A DNA stretch of 64,000 bases. Origin: Fistulifera solaris (taxonomy: Eukaryota). Numbering within the stretch: the stretch's first letter is position 1; each line of letters opens with the position of its first letter. The position numbers were made by a program, and so were the translations under genes. The DNA is taken from the NCBI GenBank assembly GCA_030295235.1, contig AP026176.1, positions 124,001 through 188,000 on the forward strand. Reading direction: 5' to 3'. Below are positions 26,552 to 39,300 of this stretch, one piece after another. The notes below the pieces were generated by a model. It ran no database searches. It worked only from the letters and a program-made list of their open reading frames with translations, and had not been told where the DNA came from.

Positions 26552-27475
26552 TTAGCAAAAGTAATGCGGACTCTCCTTGGGCGAAAATGCGGAAGAACTC
26601 TGACCCAATTGAATGGTCTTGACCGGAGAAAAGAAAGGATTCTCGACCATGACACGTTCGATGCGCGATATGGGAGGGAGTTGGGGCGGGACGGCCATTT
26701 TCTGACGCGGAGTAATCGGGATGGTCATGTTGGCACCGGGATTGAAGCGGACGCGCTTTCCAGCGGGTGAGTTCAACGGCGTCCCCGACATGTAATTCTT
26801 TGTATCATCGTCACCGTGCTTGCAAGTTTTCGAAGAATCCGGCCCGTCTAGATCCATCGAGAGTAGAAAGTCGATCGTTGACTCGATCAATCCTGCGCAC
26901 GACTCACTCTCCGTCCAGGGAATAGGATCAAAATCGGAAGGCTGCTGCTCCGCGACATGAGGCAGAGGACTATGTTTCTTCAAAGAGCAGGCAACCGGGG
27001 CAGCAGCTCCCATAAGCGTCGGAGACGGTGTGATCGAGTTGACGTGACCCTGTTGCTGACGTGGGATCGTCTGGATGCCCTGATCGAGTGCCAAGGAATT
27101 CAACTCTTCCTCAATATCCTCTTCTTCTTCCTCAAGACGAATAGTGGGCTTCATGAGCTCAACAATGGCGGGAGGCTTCGTCGTGCTACGGGAAGAGTCA
27201 TCGATTGACTTGAAGTCCGACACGTTCGTGTTTGCTTCCGCGGCCGAATAAAAGTCCTCGTAGCTGTACGGTCCTGGCTTGGAAACTCCCGTCGCGGAAT
27301 CCTCCCAGAACGTCGCGACTTGACGCACCAACTCAATCGGCTGCGGAGTCGTTTCTTTGGATTCATTGATAAGGACACGGCGTTTCTTGATCGGTTTACG
27401 ATCCTCCGCGATGACAGCCGGCGGGAGCGTCTCGTCCTCCTTGGTCGGCGTTTTCGGGGCTGGTTCGATGTTCAT
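26552..27475 (-). CDS. Hypothetical low-complexity protein
   Basis: 307-aa ORF with coherent codon usage, basic NLS-like 'KPIKKRR' and an RVxF-like 'KRVRF'. No family recognised. Confidence 0.65.
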   Translation of the reverse strand: MNIEPAPKTPTKEDETLPPAVIAEDRKPIKKRRVLINESKETTPQPIELVRQVATFWEDSATGVSKPGPYSYEDFYSAAEANTNVSDFKSIDDSSRSTTKPPAIVELMKPTIRLEEEEEDIEEELNSLALDQGIQTIPRQQQGHVNSITPSPTLMGAAAPVACSLKKHSPLPHVAEQQPSDFDPIPWTESESCAGLIESTIDFLLSMDLDGPDSSKTCKHGDDDTKNYMSGTPLNSPAGKRVRFNPGANMTIPITPRQKMAVPPQLPPISRIERVMVENPFFSPVKTIQLGQSSSAFSPKESPHYFC

Positions 27476-28146
27476 CGTGTGATGCGAGTGCGCGATATAT
27501 AGAAGCGAATGAAAGCGTGATAGTGTGCAATGAACGGTATGATGGCAATGAGCTTCTCGTTACAGGAAAAGCAATTGTGTGCGCTTTGATGGGAAATGGG
27601 AAATGATGTGTTGTTGTTGTTGATGGGTTCTCGCGAAAAAAAAGGCGCGAGACGTTAGTTTTCTTCGGAACAAGGAAAGTGGGAACCTTGTGAGATGGAC
27701 TATGAAACAATAAGTAGACGACGAACGCCAGAAACGGAAGCGTGACTCATCCTGTGTACCGTATCACGTCTGACCGGTATGTTGTTCAATGTCGCAGTTC
27801 GTTGCGTTAGACGTGTTTCAAGTTTTACACTCCGTTCGTAAGTACATTCGAAGCTCAACATTATTGGCGTTCCGACATAGATAGTGACAGTACTATGGGA
27901 CACAAAGACTATGATCGCAACTGTACACGGGACCGAACCATTCGATCGGCGACAATCCACGATTTTTCGCGATCATTCTTGTGTTGACCCAAAATTGAGT
28001 CGCGGAAGACTTGCCCAACAGTTGCTTCCCAACTGTGCTTCTCGGGTTTTCCGGCAAGGCGAAGGCCCCACTTTTGGCGCTTCTCATCATCATCATTTTC
28101 CTTCAAAGCGAGCGTTCTCTGCTCCAGAACCTTTCATAAGCTAAAC

Positions 28147-29003
28147 ATGTATTCGACACCAGCAACAGTGAATCGAACTAGCATGCAACAAGTCATCGAC
28201 ACGATCCATGCGCTGCGTCGACAAGAGGAGCACTACTTTGTGACGAGTTCCTATCACTATCCCGCACGTGGCGTCGATTGGGATTGTCGCCAGAAAATGG
28301 CCGCGTGGTGCTCTCAAGTGATTCAATTTTGTGATCTATCGCATGAAACTGCCGAGACGGCCATGGTCTTGTTGGATTGTTTTTTAGCGTCGAGTGGGGC
28401 GAATCGGCGCGGACATGTCGCGATCGGTATCGTTTGGCGTGTATGGCGTGTTTGTATGCGGCTATTAAAAGTACGGAAACACAAGCGTTGCACTCGAATA
28501 CATTCAGCGAGCTTAGTCAAGGGGCCTATTCTGTCAAAGATCTGGAGCAAATGGAATTGTCAATACTGACATGTTTGAATTGGAGAGTCAATCCACCCAC
28601 GTCGATGGCGTTTGTGAGAGAAATGATGCATTTACTACCTCCAGCATTTGGTCGAGAAAAGAAACGAGACATTTACGACTTGGCGGTTTTACAAACCGAA
28701 CGCGGGTTTGGTGCGGTGGTCGCATCGCCTTCAGTGGCAGCGTATGCGGCTTTGATGAACTCGGTCCAAATTGTTTCCAAAGACACTCACTGTTGGGCTT
28801 ATATTGCGAAAACGATGGCTGATCTACTGAAACTGGACGGTACTTCGGATGAAATGCGAGGCATACAAGCGAGCTTCTTTCACTTTCTTCCCAAGCGTAT
28901 CACATTCGTCTCGTCGGGCCGATACATCGAAGGTGACGACCGACTCAGCAATAAGTCTGCAAGTCTATCTGGCTTTCACTCGCCTCGTTCTGTTTCCGAA
29001 TAA
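28147..29003 (+). CDS. Cyclin (diatom-specific cyclin type); frameshift at ~28381-28400
   Basis: Cyclin box 'CRQKMAAWCSQVIQFCDLSHETAETAMVLLD' and, in the next frame, 'YRLACMACLYAAIK...EQMELSILTCLNWRVNPPT'. Confidence 0.88.
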
Positions 29004-29232
29004 CCATTCAAGACGTGACTGGGCACCCGCATCTTATTGTTCGAGTCAACAATTTCCGCTCACGTACAAATGAAACTGCGACACCTCGCTATGACCATAT
29101 CTCGCGACTCTATCACCTTTTTCGAAGCTATTTAGTTACCGCTATGAAAGCGCTAATTGTTAGATATTGTTGATAACGATAAATATTATAAGTAGAGTCT
29201 TTCTAGAAAGTTTCTTCAGATGCAGTGCTCTT

Positions 29233-29670
29233 TTACATGATGCAACATCCTTTCTTCAATTGTTCTTTTTCTTCGTCCGTCAATTCGGGCCAACTTTCGT
29301 AATCTTCATCCCATTTGTCGAGTCGACCGCACACCGGATACTTGGTATCATAGTACTCGGACCAATTCTTGGCCGAATTGTGCATCTTCTCGTCCAACTT
29401 GACAAACTTATCGAGCCACTTGTCGCCGGTGACGTGCGCTCCGATGGTCAACGTCATATCGTGACCCGCGTATTCCTTGTAGGCACCTTCGGGGCCGTAA
29501 CTGTTGACGGCAGCCGTGACATCGTAGATTTTTCCAAACAAACAGAGACAGCGACGGTCGGGATTGTTGCAGTGATATTGATTCAATTCTTCCAACGAAA
29601 TTGTACCGAGTTGTTCGACTTCCGGCAATTCGCCTTTGCCGGAAATCAGAGAAAGTGGATTGGGCATCAT
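29233..29670 (-). CDS. Cytochrome b5-like heme/steroid-binding (MAPR/PGRMC-type) protein with C-terminal CaaX
   Basis: 'ISLEELNQY', 'GKIYDVT', 'YGPEGAYKEYAGHD' and 'KYPVCGRL'. Ends KKGCCIM*. Confidence 0.88.
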   Translation of the reverse strand: MMPNPLSLISGKGELPEVEQLGTISLEELNQYHCNNPDRRCLCLFGKIYDVTAAVNSYGPEGAYKEYAGHDMTLTIGAHVTGDKWLDKFVKLDEKMHNSAKNWSEYYDTKYPVCGRLDKWDEDYESWPELTDEEKEQLKKGCCIM

Positions 29671-30296
29671 CTTGACAAGAAAAAAGGGGGGGCTGCAATT
29701 AATAACTATTTTGAGAGAAGAGAATGCAACAACTAGATACTTGTATCTTTGCAAAAAGGTTCTGTGCTTTCGGTGATTCGAGGTTTGAGGTGATTTTCGT
29801 TGGGTCATCAGTCATCATGTCATCATCTATGTTCTTTGTTCTTTCCGTCGTCGTCGAGGCGATGATCAGTCTACTGTCTACTGTAGTTGCCCGGTCATTC
29901 TAGTTCTAGGTTCGCGGCCAGCTGTCGTGATTCGTGACTAATTCTAAGACTCATGTCGTCAAAAGGTAACTTAACGATTACCGATAGTTAGTGAATACAT
30001 TCTCATTATCGAACGACACAATGAGGAAAATATGAACTTAGACTTCGAACAGGACACAGCCGGACCAACTATTTAGATTGTGCGGTGTGGCTACGGAGTC
30101 GTCGACATGACACATGACATGGTAATGCTGCATTGAAACAAAACTAGTAGTCGGTCGCTGAACGCTCCGTAGCAATAAGACTACCGTAAAACCGTTGAGC
30201 AAATTCTTATGTGATTGAGAATGTGGAAGCTAGCATCTCCTAGATCATTCTAAGATTAAGGTATGAATAGATCAATTTGTTCGGGGTGGTGAGCTT

Positions 30297-32371
30297 TCAG
30301 GAAGCAACCGTATCATTTTGGCCTGCTCGAGGATTCGTCATCGTAAGGAAATCAGATAGACTGGTGTTACTATCAATTCTGTGAAGATCACTTTCATTTC
30401 TTTTTTGGTTGCAATTCGCCTTAGAATAATCACGCCTATAATCATCCAGGTCGGCTAGCTCAACATTGCTCTGGCTCCTTCTAGCGACCGGCATTTTGCT
30501 CTTCTCGTTCACATCATCTGCACCAGTCCCATCGACCATTAATACGTCCGTGCTAATGGTTTTCCGGATTTTACTATCGCCATAATCTTGGTCGCTTATC
30601 GTCCTTTGAAAGTAGTCGCAATCGCTCAAGTCTTTGTCCCCGGTAAGATGTGGATTACTGTGACTCCTTCGAAAAGTAGGCTTCGTATCCGAATCGCCAT
30701 TGCAAACGTATCTTCTATTTCGTGCTTGCATCTTTGCATCTGCATCATCTATGAGTAAAACCTTCGCATTGCTGCTTTGTCTGTATTGATGAAATTCTGT
30801 GTCGAATAATAGTCTCGATTTACTGTGACTCCTTCGATGAGCAGGCTTCCTATCGGGATCGTCGTCAAAGCCGTTCCTTCTGCCATGCCGCTGTCTCGTG
30901 ACTTTCTCATCGTCGTGTAGTAAAGCATTCGTACTCTTAGTTTTTCGAATGGTTTTACCATCTGCTATCTTGTCTGAACTTCGTCGAAAATCATCGTTGC
31001 GGCTCAAGTCCGCATTGGATAGCCTAGAATTGCTGTGTATCCTTCGATAAGCAGGCTTCACATCCCCATCGTCTACAGAACCTTTCCTTCTGCTTCGCCG
31101 CTGTCTCTTTGCTTCCTCATCGTCAAGCAGTAAAGCATTTGCACATTTACTTTTTCGAATGGTTCCACCGTCTGCATTCTTGTCTTTGTTTTGTCGCAAC
31201 TCATCGCCCGCATTGGATAATCTTGGATTACTGTTCATCCTTCGGAGAGCAGGCTTCGCATCGGAACTGTCGTTAGAACCGTTCCATTGGCTTCGACGCT
31301 GTCTCCTTTCTTCCTCATCACCCACAAGTAAAGCATTCAAACTGTGGCTTTTTCGGATTTTAATTTTGTTTTGCAGCTCTGGATGTCGAGGACTAGTTTC
31401 TTTAACTTCTTTAGGATGTCTTTCACAACGTGCCAAGTCACCATCATACCATTTTTCCGTGGACAAAACGTTTGACCGCCGGTTGTCGTGGTGTTTCTTG
31501 TTCTGTGCGCTTCCGTGGTCCATCCATGTCATGGACACCTGTGAGAGTTCTTTCTCATGGTCATCACCCAGTGACCAAGCATGCAAAAACAAAGACTGTG
31601 ATGATCGATTTAAGGTTTGGACTTTGTGCCACAGAAGTGGTGACAACTCGTTGCGTTGAGGTGGGCATTCAACGACAACATGGGTTGTGGTAGGTGCAGC
31701 AACTTGCACTTTTTCCGACTTGTTCCAGGATGGATCCGCGCGAAGTAATTCATCATTCGGCCCCAAGCTTCCTCGGCGTTGTGCAGCTCCCGAGCGTCCT
31801 CCAGGGACGAGCTCCTTCATCGGAGAAGGATGTCCAAGGCTTTGCCGGCCTTGACAAGCATCGGAAATATATGCGTCAGCATAGTCATTCGCTAAAGAAT
31901 CAAAAAGGCACTTTCAAGGCTACCACGGCGTTTGCGATAATGAATTTCAGGGACTATGTCACAGGTGGAATGCGTACTTCCCAAACTTGCCCGGCGTTTG
32001 GCGGCTCCCGATAGTACAAATTGCTGCTTTGGGCTTTTCAAATCACTGAAATCGTTTTGCTTGTTACTGGCATACTTTTCTCTGGTCCTGTGTGATCGGG
32101 TATTCCGGTGTGCACGTGGATTATTGTTTCTACGTCTTTGTTTGGGACGGAGTGATAATTTTGATGATAAGGCGTTTCTAAGGTCTTCTTTCTCGTTGTT
32201 TTCTATGAATCCATGATTATCATCGTAGTCTACCGACAAGGAGGATGTTGAGGCAGTGAGTAAGGACGTGTCGTCGCTTTTGCAGTTTGCACGCTCGACG
32301 TCTCGCATTATTTCTTTCTGTTGGTGAAACGGTGTCGCCGTCTCATCAACTTCGCTTCCTCTTTCATTCAT
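30297..32371 (-). CDS. Disordered Arg/Ser/Asp-rich protein with ~5 internal repeats; intron 31850-31923
   Basis: A GT..AG intron with a CTGAC branch point joins ORF 31892..32371 to 30297..31820 in frame. Repeats 'IRKSxSxNALL...KPAxRRSHSN'. Confidence 0.7.
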
Positions 32372-33356
32372 TGCAGATTATTTTTTTAAAAAAATCAAAG
32401 ACTTTAATCGACATCCGGTGTCCAAAATGATGCACGCGGCTTCTTTTTGACGAGAGAAAAAAGATAGTTCATATCGTCGAGTTCCTCCGCGGTTCTTCGC
32501 AGTAGTAGTATCGGATTGACTGTAGGGAGACGGCGGAAATTCAGATCACAAAGAACAGTCCCCTGTCCCCTTTCGTCGGAATTAAAAGGGTTAACTGTTA
32601 ACTCAGCCTCATCTCTACTAGAAATGTTGATTCGTTTCGGTTGAATTCTTCATTTTTTCGTCTTTATCCCTCAACGGTGCTCTCACTCTCTTAACATAGA
32701 TGGCCTCTAAAAAGAACGTTTCGAAGAAATGAAGCGAAATCTTTCGAGGCAACGAAGCGATCGGAAGGAGTCGTCGTCATCTTTGTACTCCGTGTTTTCC
32801 TTCAACGACAACAAAATCCCTTCACTCAATTGAAATTCCCAATCGAAGAATCAGGCATTCGTTCGCGCTATTTCAAGCATTCTGACAGGAAAAGACATTG
32901 GAAGGACTTCAAGCAGGGCATGTTTTTCGAAGATAAGGTGCGGTAGTCCAGCAACAGTATGGCGCTGATACTATGAAATGAGCCTCGTCTGCAAGAGCAT
33001 CTTCCATAAACCACTTCTCTATTTGAGGTTATGTCCACTAATCGCATAATGGTTATTGTCGATGTCGAGACATGAATAAAAAAAGAGGTTGGGTATTTTT
33101 ATTATCCTTGGCCGTCAACTGATGTTTCGTCCACGTCGCAGCGAAAGAAGTCGTCTCGTTCTCAGTTCTCAGCCGTACTTAAACCCTAATTCTACACAAT
33201 GCATTTCGGGTCTTCAATTATTATTACTCGCAATATAACCGCAACCGCAACATATAGCTGCAAATCATTCCATTACTTCTTGTCGTTTGTTGTAGTCGAC
33301 AAGTTGTTTTCCTTACTCTATTTCAAAGTTGAAACGACACTTTTCAATACTGAGAA

Positions 33357-33733
33357 ATGCCCGACACCGCCGACGAAGAATACGCAGCGGCCTTGACTCG
33401 CGAATTGCAAGACCTGCAGGAACAACTGGCGGCGCTTCGCCAGGAACGCGATCAAGGCAAACAAACCGTGCGGCAATTACGGACGGAACAAATCTTTTGC
33501 TGCGGCAAAAGAGCAGCGAGAAAAAGTATCGTGATTTGTGTCAACAACAAGATGATTTGGTGCAACAATTGGAAGAAAAGAAACGACAAAAGAAAAAGGC
33601 GTTGCAACAGCTGGTGCGCGAGAAATCGGGTCTCGAAGACCAGCAACAGGATGTTTCGGAAATCACGTTTCAGTGTGGTGTGGATGACACCGATATTGAT
33701 GTGGAAGAATTCATGAAAGAGATTGATAAATGA
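33357..33733 (+). CDS. Small coiled-coil protein (frameshift at ~33495-33510)
   Basis: Heptad-rich 'ELQDLQEQLAALRQE' continues in another frame as 'DLVQQLEEKKRQ...DIDVEEFMKEIDK'. Confidence 0.55.
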
Positions 33734-34745
33734 AGAGTGAAAGTTGCAAGGGGCAGTATGGTGTTTGCTCATGTCGCAATAAGCACGGAACGAATCGAAT
33801 CTCGTCCCCATGGCACAAAACACCTATCTAGTCGGTTCATACGAAGTAACAGTTTTGATGAAAGGTGTTTGGGTCCGTTTTGATTCAGCGCGCCCCTTTG
33901 CAAAGAGATACGGCTACTTTCTCCGATACTCGCGTGCCTCGAGTCAAAATGAGAGCAACGGAGTGCCTGGCAGCTACTTCTGGACTGATTTCGAAGAACA
34001 GATAGAACAGGATACAGCTACGACAATGTTCAGGGACAAGAACTGAATTTAGAATAGAGAGAACCTAGAATGTTCGGGTTGTTTCGTCGCATCCGCTCGC
34101 CTCTTCACGCCGAACGAAATGTTATTGCAGCTAATGTATCCCTCGCTTCAAACTGAATCCGTAGTCAGTATTCGTTCAATTCATTGATCAAGTCGTATTC
34201 CCACTCCATAGTTTTGGAAGTAAACCAAAGAATAAAATCCAGAGCTCATGACTGAAATCCAGTCTTGGCGGGAAAACGGACAACGGACAACACTTTCGGA
34301 CTATAGTGAAAATTGGACGTTACAGATCTGTGAATCTTTGACGACAGTACCACCGGTGTAATTCTATCGCGTATTGCTCATTGCTCATTATTGGAACCGA
34401 AAAAGATAGTACAGTAATAAAGATGATTACAAGTAATAATTTGGTAGAAGGATCGACCATCGTGCATACTGAATCCAGTCGTGTCGAAAACGGCATACAC
34501 TTAGGGACTATAGTAAAATCTGACGTCGTGAAAATCGTCCGGCGCGTAAAAAAGCAGCACAAAAATCGCGACGAGGTGCAAAAACAAAAAGAGGAGCATC
34601 AATCAACATTATTTATGATGATTCATATAGATACTTATGTATGCAACGTTTTCTCGGACCTGAACTTAAGAAAGATCTTTGGTTCGACTTGAAGGTGCGG
34701 TAAAAACTCAAGCGAAAAAGCTATCAAAAAGAAAGAGTCGTCGAC

Positions 34746-35594
34746 ATGTCGTCGTTGGATGACATGCCATCCGACGAATCATCCAGTGTTCAGGAAGTTG
34801 CCGCGTTATGGGAATTGAGTGAACAAGAACAGGAAGAACTTGTTGATTTGCGACAACGACTGCTCGATGTACAAAGTCCTTTGAATCAATGGCGCGATTT
34901 AGTGCGATTCCTACGAGCCCGACCAGGAAATGTGACCGCCGCCGAAACCATGTTTCGTCAAATGGTGCAGTGGCGGACCGTCCACCAAGTCGATGCTACT
35001 TTAAAAACATACACACCGCCTTCGGAAATGCTTCGCTACTATCCCGGTGCCTTGTTGGAAGGTTTCGATCGGGAGGGTGATCCTGTCTTTGTGTCTCGTT
35101 TGGGTGTCACCGATGGGGTCGGTTTGTTGCACCGTTACGGCAAAGATGAAATGATTCGACACGCCATTTGGATACGAGAACTGGTGGTACAGAAAGTAAA
35201 AGAAGTAGAAGAGAAACGGGGACGGCCCGTGCGGAGAATTTGTTTGATCGAAGATTTGCACGGTTTGAGTTTGAAAACGCACGGCCATCGGGGTTTGCTT
35301 TCCGCGTATGGAGAAATCATGCGTCTTGATCAAGACAATTATCCCGAAACTGCGAAAAAGTTACTAATTGTCCGGGCCCCTACATTGTTTCGTATGATTT
35401 GGTCGATGGCCAAGCATTTTTTCGATCCAGGAGTCGTCCGGAAAATGGTCTTTTGTGGTGTCAGTGATTACCAAACTGTACTGGATCAGTATGTGGAATT
35501 AGAGGTGTTACCGGAAGAAATTGTTCCGGGAATAGGACGTGGGAAAGCTGTGGAAGGTATGCCATCCGATTTTTTGGGAGGTCGACTGCCTTGA
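34746..35594 (+). CDS. CRAL-TRIO / Sec14-like lipid-binding protein
   Basis: 'LVRFLRAR', 'GFDREGDPV', 'IEDLHGL' and 'QDNYPETAKKLLIVRAP..F..IWSMAKHFFDP'. Confidence 0.92.
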   Translation: MSSLDDMPSDESSSVQEVAALWELSEQEQEELVDLRQRLLDVQSPLNQWRDLVRFLRARPGNVTAAETMFRQMVQWRTVHQVDATLKTYTPPSEMLRYYPGALLEGFDREGDPVFVSRLGVTDGVGLLHRYGKDEMIRHAIWIRELVVQKVKEVEEKRGRPVRRICLIEDLHGLSLKTHGHRGLLSAYGEIMRLDQDNYPETAKKLLIVRAPTLFRMIWSMAKHFFDPGVVRKMVFCGVSDYQTVLDQYVELEVLPEEIVPGIGRGKAVEGMPSDFLGGRLP

Positions 35595-36392
35595 AATAGA
35601 GAAAAATTCGGCATGAAGTTAGTTGGGAATAGTGATAACGTTAGCTGTGGAGCTTTCGTTACTTTCTTGTTGTTGTAGGTTTCATCATGTCGTCGAGCGC
35701 GGAACGTCGTCTTGTCCGTGTTGTCCTCACGTTCGTGGTGTGTGGGATCTTGACTCAAGATACGCGCTCAAAGACCAGATGGAGTTTAGAAGTCTGCGAA
35801 AGATCCATTCTTGGATCTTCATAGGAATACTGGAAGGAATTTATTATACTTTACTGATTTAAATCCTCGACATTCCCAGGTGCCTCCAGGCTGTGGGCGC
35901 TCGTTTGTTAGGTTCGCCTTAGCGCGGGGGATGTTTTCACGTCTCCAGAAAATCTGGAGACCGAGAACCGCTGGGTATATAGTGAATACGGAACTCAACG
36001 GTTCGCAAGGCACTTCGACGTAAACTTCCATGACAGATAAAGATTATTTCATTTCAACAACAGCACATAATGTTTGCGGAACATATTACATTCAAGCTCG
36101 AAAGACAATAACTCATGACTGAAGTACAGTCGTGGAAAAGTTGCTCTACTACAGTTTCGACTATAGTGCAAGCTGTTTTCTTTATTTGTATACAGACGGA
36201 AATTCTGAAATGCTGCGCCACGCTTTTTTGTTGCGACGATGGTTGATGGCGGTTGACGGCAAAATCTTTTTGGTTGTCATGGCATTTTTATCATCCTTGT
36301 TTCTCATCCTATTATCTATTTCGACAAGTCGATCGATTCGCCGACAGAATACAAGCCACGATAGTTCATTTAACAAGCCAAAGAATGCACAG

Positions 36393-39300
36393 ATGACAGG
36401 AAGGACGGCCTTTTGTATTACCTTCCTATGGATATCGTTGCTTTCCTGGCAATTGATGGCGTTTGCTCCTCGTCCTCATCCGCCTCGTACAACACCCACA
36501 ACGTCCATGGCACCCAATTTCCTCGAAAGTATCCGTCAAGCTTTCTTCAAAACCGAAAAAGAGATTCTCTTGAGGGACTTTCCCGTGCCGGATTCGGAAG
36601 CCGTACGAAAAACGCTGTCTCTCATTGCCGTCCATCCGCAACAAAAAGAGAACAAGAAGAAGAAAAAGAACAATATTTTCCACAGCATACAGCAATGGTG
36701 GAACCAACAGGCTTTTGCACGCAATGATGATGATTTCGTTTTGCAAAAGGATGTGGAGATTCTCAGTGCCGAGGAATACCTTTCCTTACGTCGGGAACTG
36801 CGACCCGATTTTCAAATTCCGATCAATAGCAATCCACCCATTACTGTCGATGTCGAAGAAGCTATTCAAAAATCAGAGATAAGCAAAGATAGAGTCCGAC
36901 CAAGACCGGACTTCACACCATCTACCAGTTTCGATTCAGTTAACAATGATCCACAGGTGATTCTTATCGTTCCACAGACGACTCCCGCTAATGTGGATGC
37001 ATTGCGTCCGCAACGCGATTCGGTACGTCCAATCTCCACAACTCGGGAAACACAACCGAATCAGCCCGCACGGACATCGTACCTGGAATCTTTGGAGGCT
37101 GTTGACCGAGTCGCTCGTTCGGAGGGAACTTTGCGAGAGTCGTCGTCGTATTTAGAAAGCTTGGATGCATCGGAATCTTTTGCCAGTCGCGTATCCCAGA
37201 TACCTCGTCAACAAGAGTTGGAAGCGCTGTCAAATCGACGGGAATGGGGAACGGAAGAAACGTTAATGCCACCGTTGGAAGATCCAGGGATCGCATCCAG
37301 TGATTCGAACTATTTGGACGTTGCAGTGATGAAAGAGGAGTCGCTCAAAACGCTTTCAGCGCAACAAGTGTTGGAAAATGATCGAAGTCAAGTTCCATTT
37401 GTTGATATACCAAAGCCATCCGGTCCAACGGGAGTTATAGCATCGGTGTCGTACTTGGAATCGTTGGAGGCTGTCGACCGAGTCGTTCGACCGGAGGCAA
37501 CTTCGCGGCAGTCGTCATATTTAGAAAGCTTGGATTCGGATGCATCGGAATCGTTTGCCGGCCGCATGTCCCTAATACCTCGTCAACAAGAAACGACGGC
37601 TACAGCAATGTTGAACCAACAGGGTTGGGGGACCAAAAGGAGACCACACTACCGTTGAAAGAACAACGGGTCACTTTCAGTGATTCAAGCTATTTGGACG
37701 GGGCAATTATGAGAGAGGAGTCGCTGAAATCACTTCCAACACAACAAGTACAAGAAAGTAGGCAATACTCATCGCTACAAGAGATGGAAGATTTAAAAGG
37801 TGCAATCAATACTTTCACTGATAATAATGTCCGAAACCAACTCGATCAAGGAGGCACATCTGAGGTGACGAAAGACGATACACCCGCAGAAATAGACCCA
37901 ACAGCCTATAGAGTTTCATTACAGCAAGAATCACTGTTCACGATGGGCGAATCTGCTGCCGATTCTGACGATTTACAAAGCTCAACAATCAGCTCGGAGG
38001 AAACTGCCAATAAATCCCGTGTCGGGTATAAAAGAGAGTCTACCCGTCCAGTTATACCACAAAGAGCTTCTTTCTCGCCCGTTCGGTCAACTGTAAAAGA
38101 TTACAACTCAACCGGTTCCAGCCCGTATCTCGCGTCGATGAGAGGATTGAAAAGCAGCCCATTCAACGATGAAAAGGAACCAATTATTGATACAAGGAAA
38201 CCTCGCAAGTCGTTTGAAGCGACAGGAATCGGAACATTTTCACCCGTTCGTGCTTCTATCAAAAATGTGAATTCCACAAGCTCCAGTCCATATCTTACTA
38301 ATTTGCGTGGGCAAGCAATTGCGCCATTTGATTTTAACGCAGCAACGTTTGCTGCATCAGCGAAAAGATGAATCCGTAACGCCCAATGAAGATACCACTC
38401 CGCTGGAGGCTGACACTCCGGATCATTCTGCGACACAACGAACATTTGCCGATGACTTGTTCTGGTCCCCGCAAAGAGCGCAACCCACAAAATCTTCCTT
38501 TGCCCCCGTACTCTCAGGAATTAAATACGTCAATGCTACAAGTTCAAGTCCCTATCTCACTGCTTTGCGAGGAACAACGACGACGCAGCCTCGCATGAAT
38601 TTGTTGAGACCGAAAGTGACAACCGATATGCAAGCCAATCAGTTACCTGTGGGGTTAAAAGACGTGAATGAACCGGTAGGACCCGTAGGTGCATCCCTCT
38701 CTCCGGTTCGCCCTTCTATCAAAAACATGAATTCGGCAAGTTCCAGCCCGTATCTCGACGCACTGAGAGGACGTACAATGCAGTCCTTCGAAGCGATGCA
38801 TGTCAGCTTCGTTCCAACAAATAATACCGTCGCAAAGACCCTAACGCGTCCTCCGGGTGCTTCCTTCTCACCCGTTCGCTCGACAATAAAGAATGTTGAC
38901 TCGACCGGATCTAGTCCGTATCTTGCCACGCTCAAAGGACGCACGATGGCAACATTCGAATCCATGTATAGTGCTAGCCGAACTTCGGACCGAACAATAG
39001 CGTTATCGGCGACAGAAACAAAAACAGCTCGACCAATGGGTGCATCCTTTTCGCCAGTGCGCTCTTCAATCAAAAACATGGACTCGAAAAGTTCCAGTCC
39101 GTATCTCGACGCACTGCGAGGACGTACAATGCAGTCCTTCGAAGCGATGCATGTCAGCTTCGTTCCAACAAATAATACCGTCGCAAAGACCCTAACGCGT
39201 CCTCCGGGTGCTTCCTTCTCACCCGTTCGCTCGACAATAAAGAATGTTGACTCGACCGGTTCCAGTCCGTATCTTGCCACGCTCAAAGGACGCACGATGG

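Noticed and set aside
32700..34700. Short ORFs (e.g. 33810..34046, 34381..34692) as genes
   Set aside because: They are short, have no recognisable motifs and show weak coding signal.
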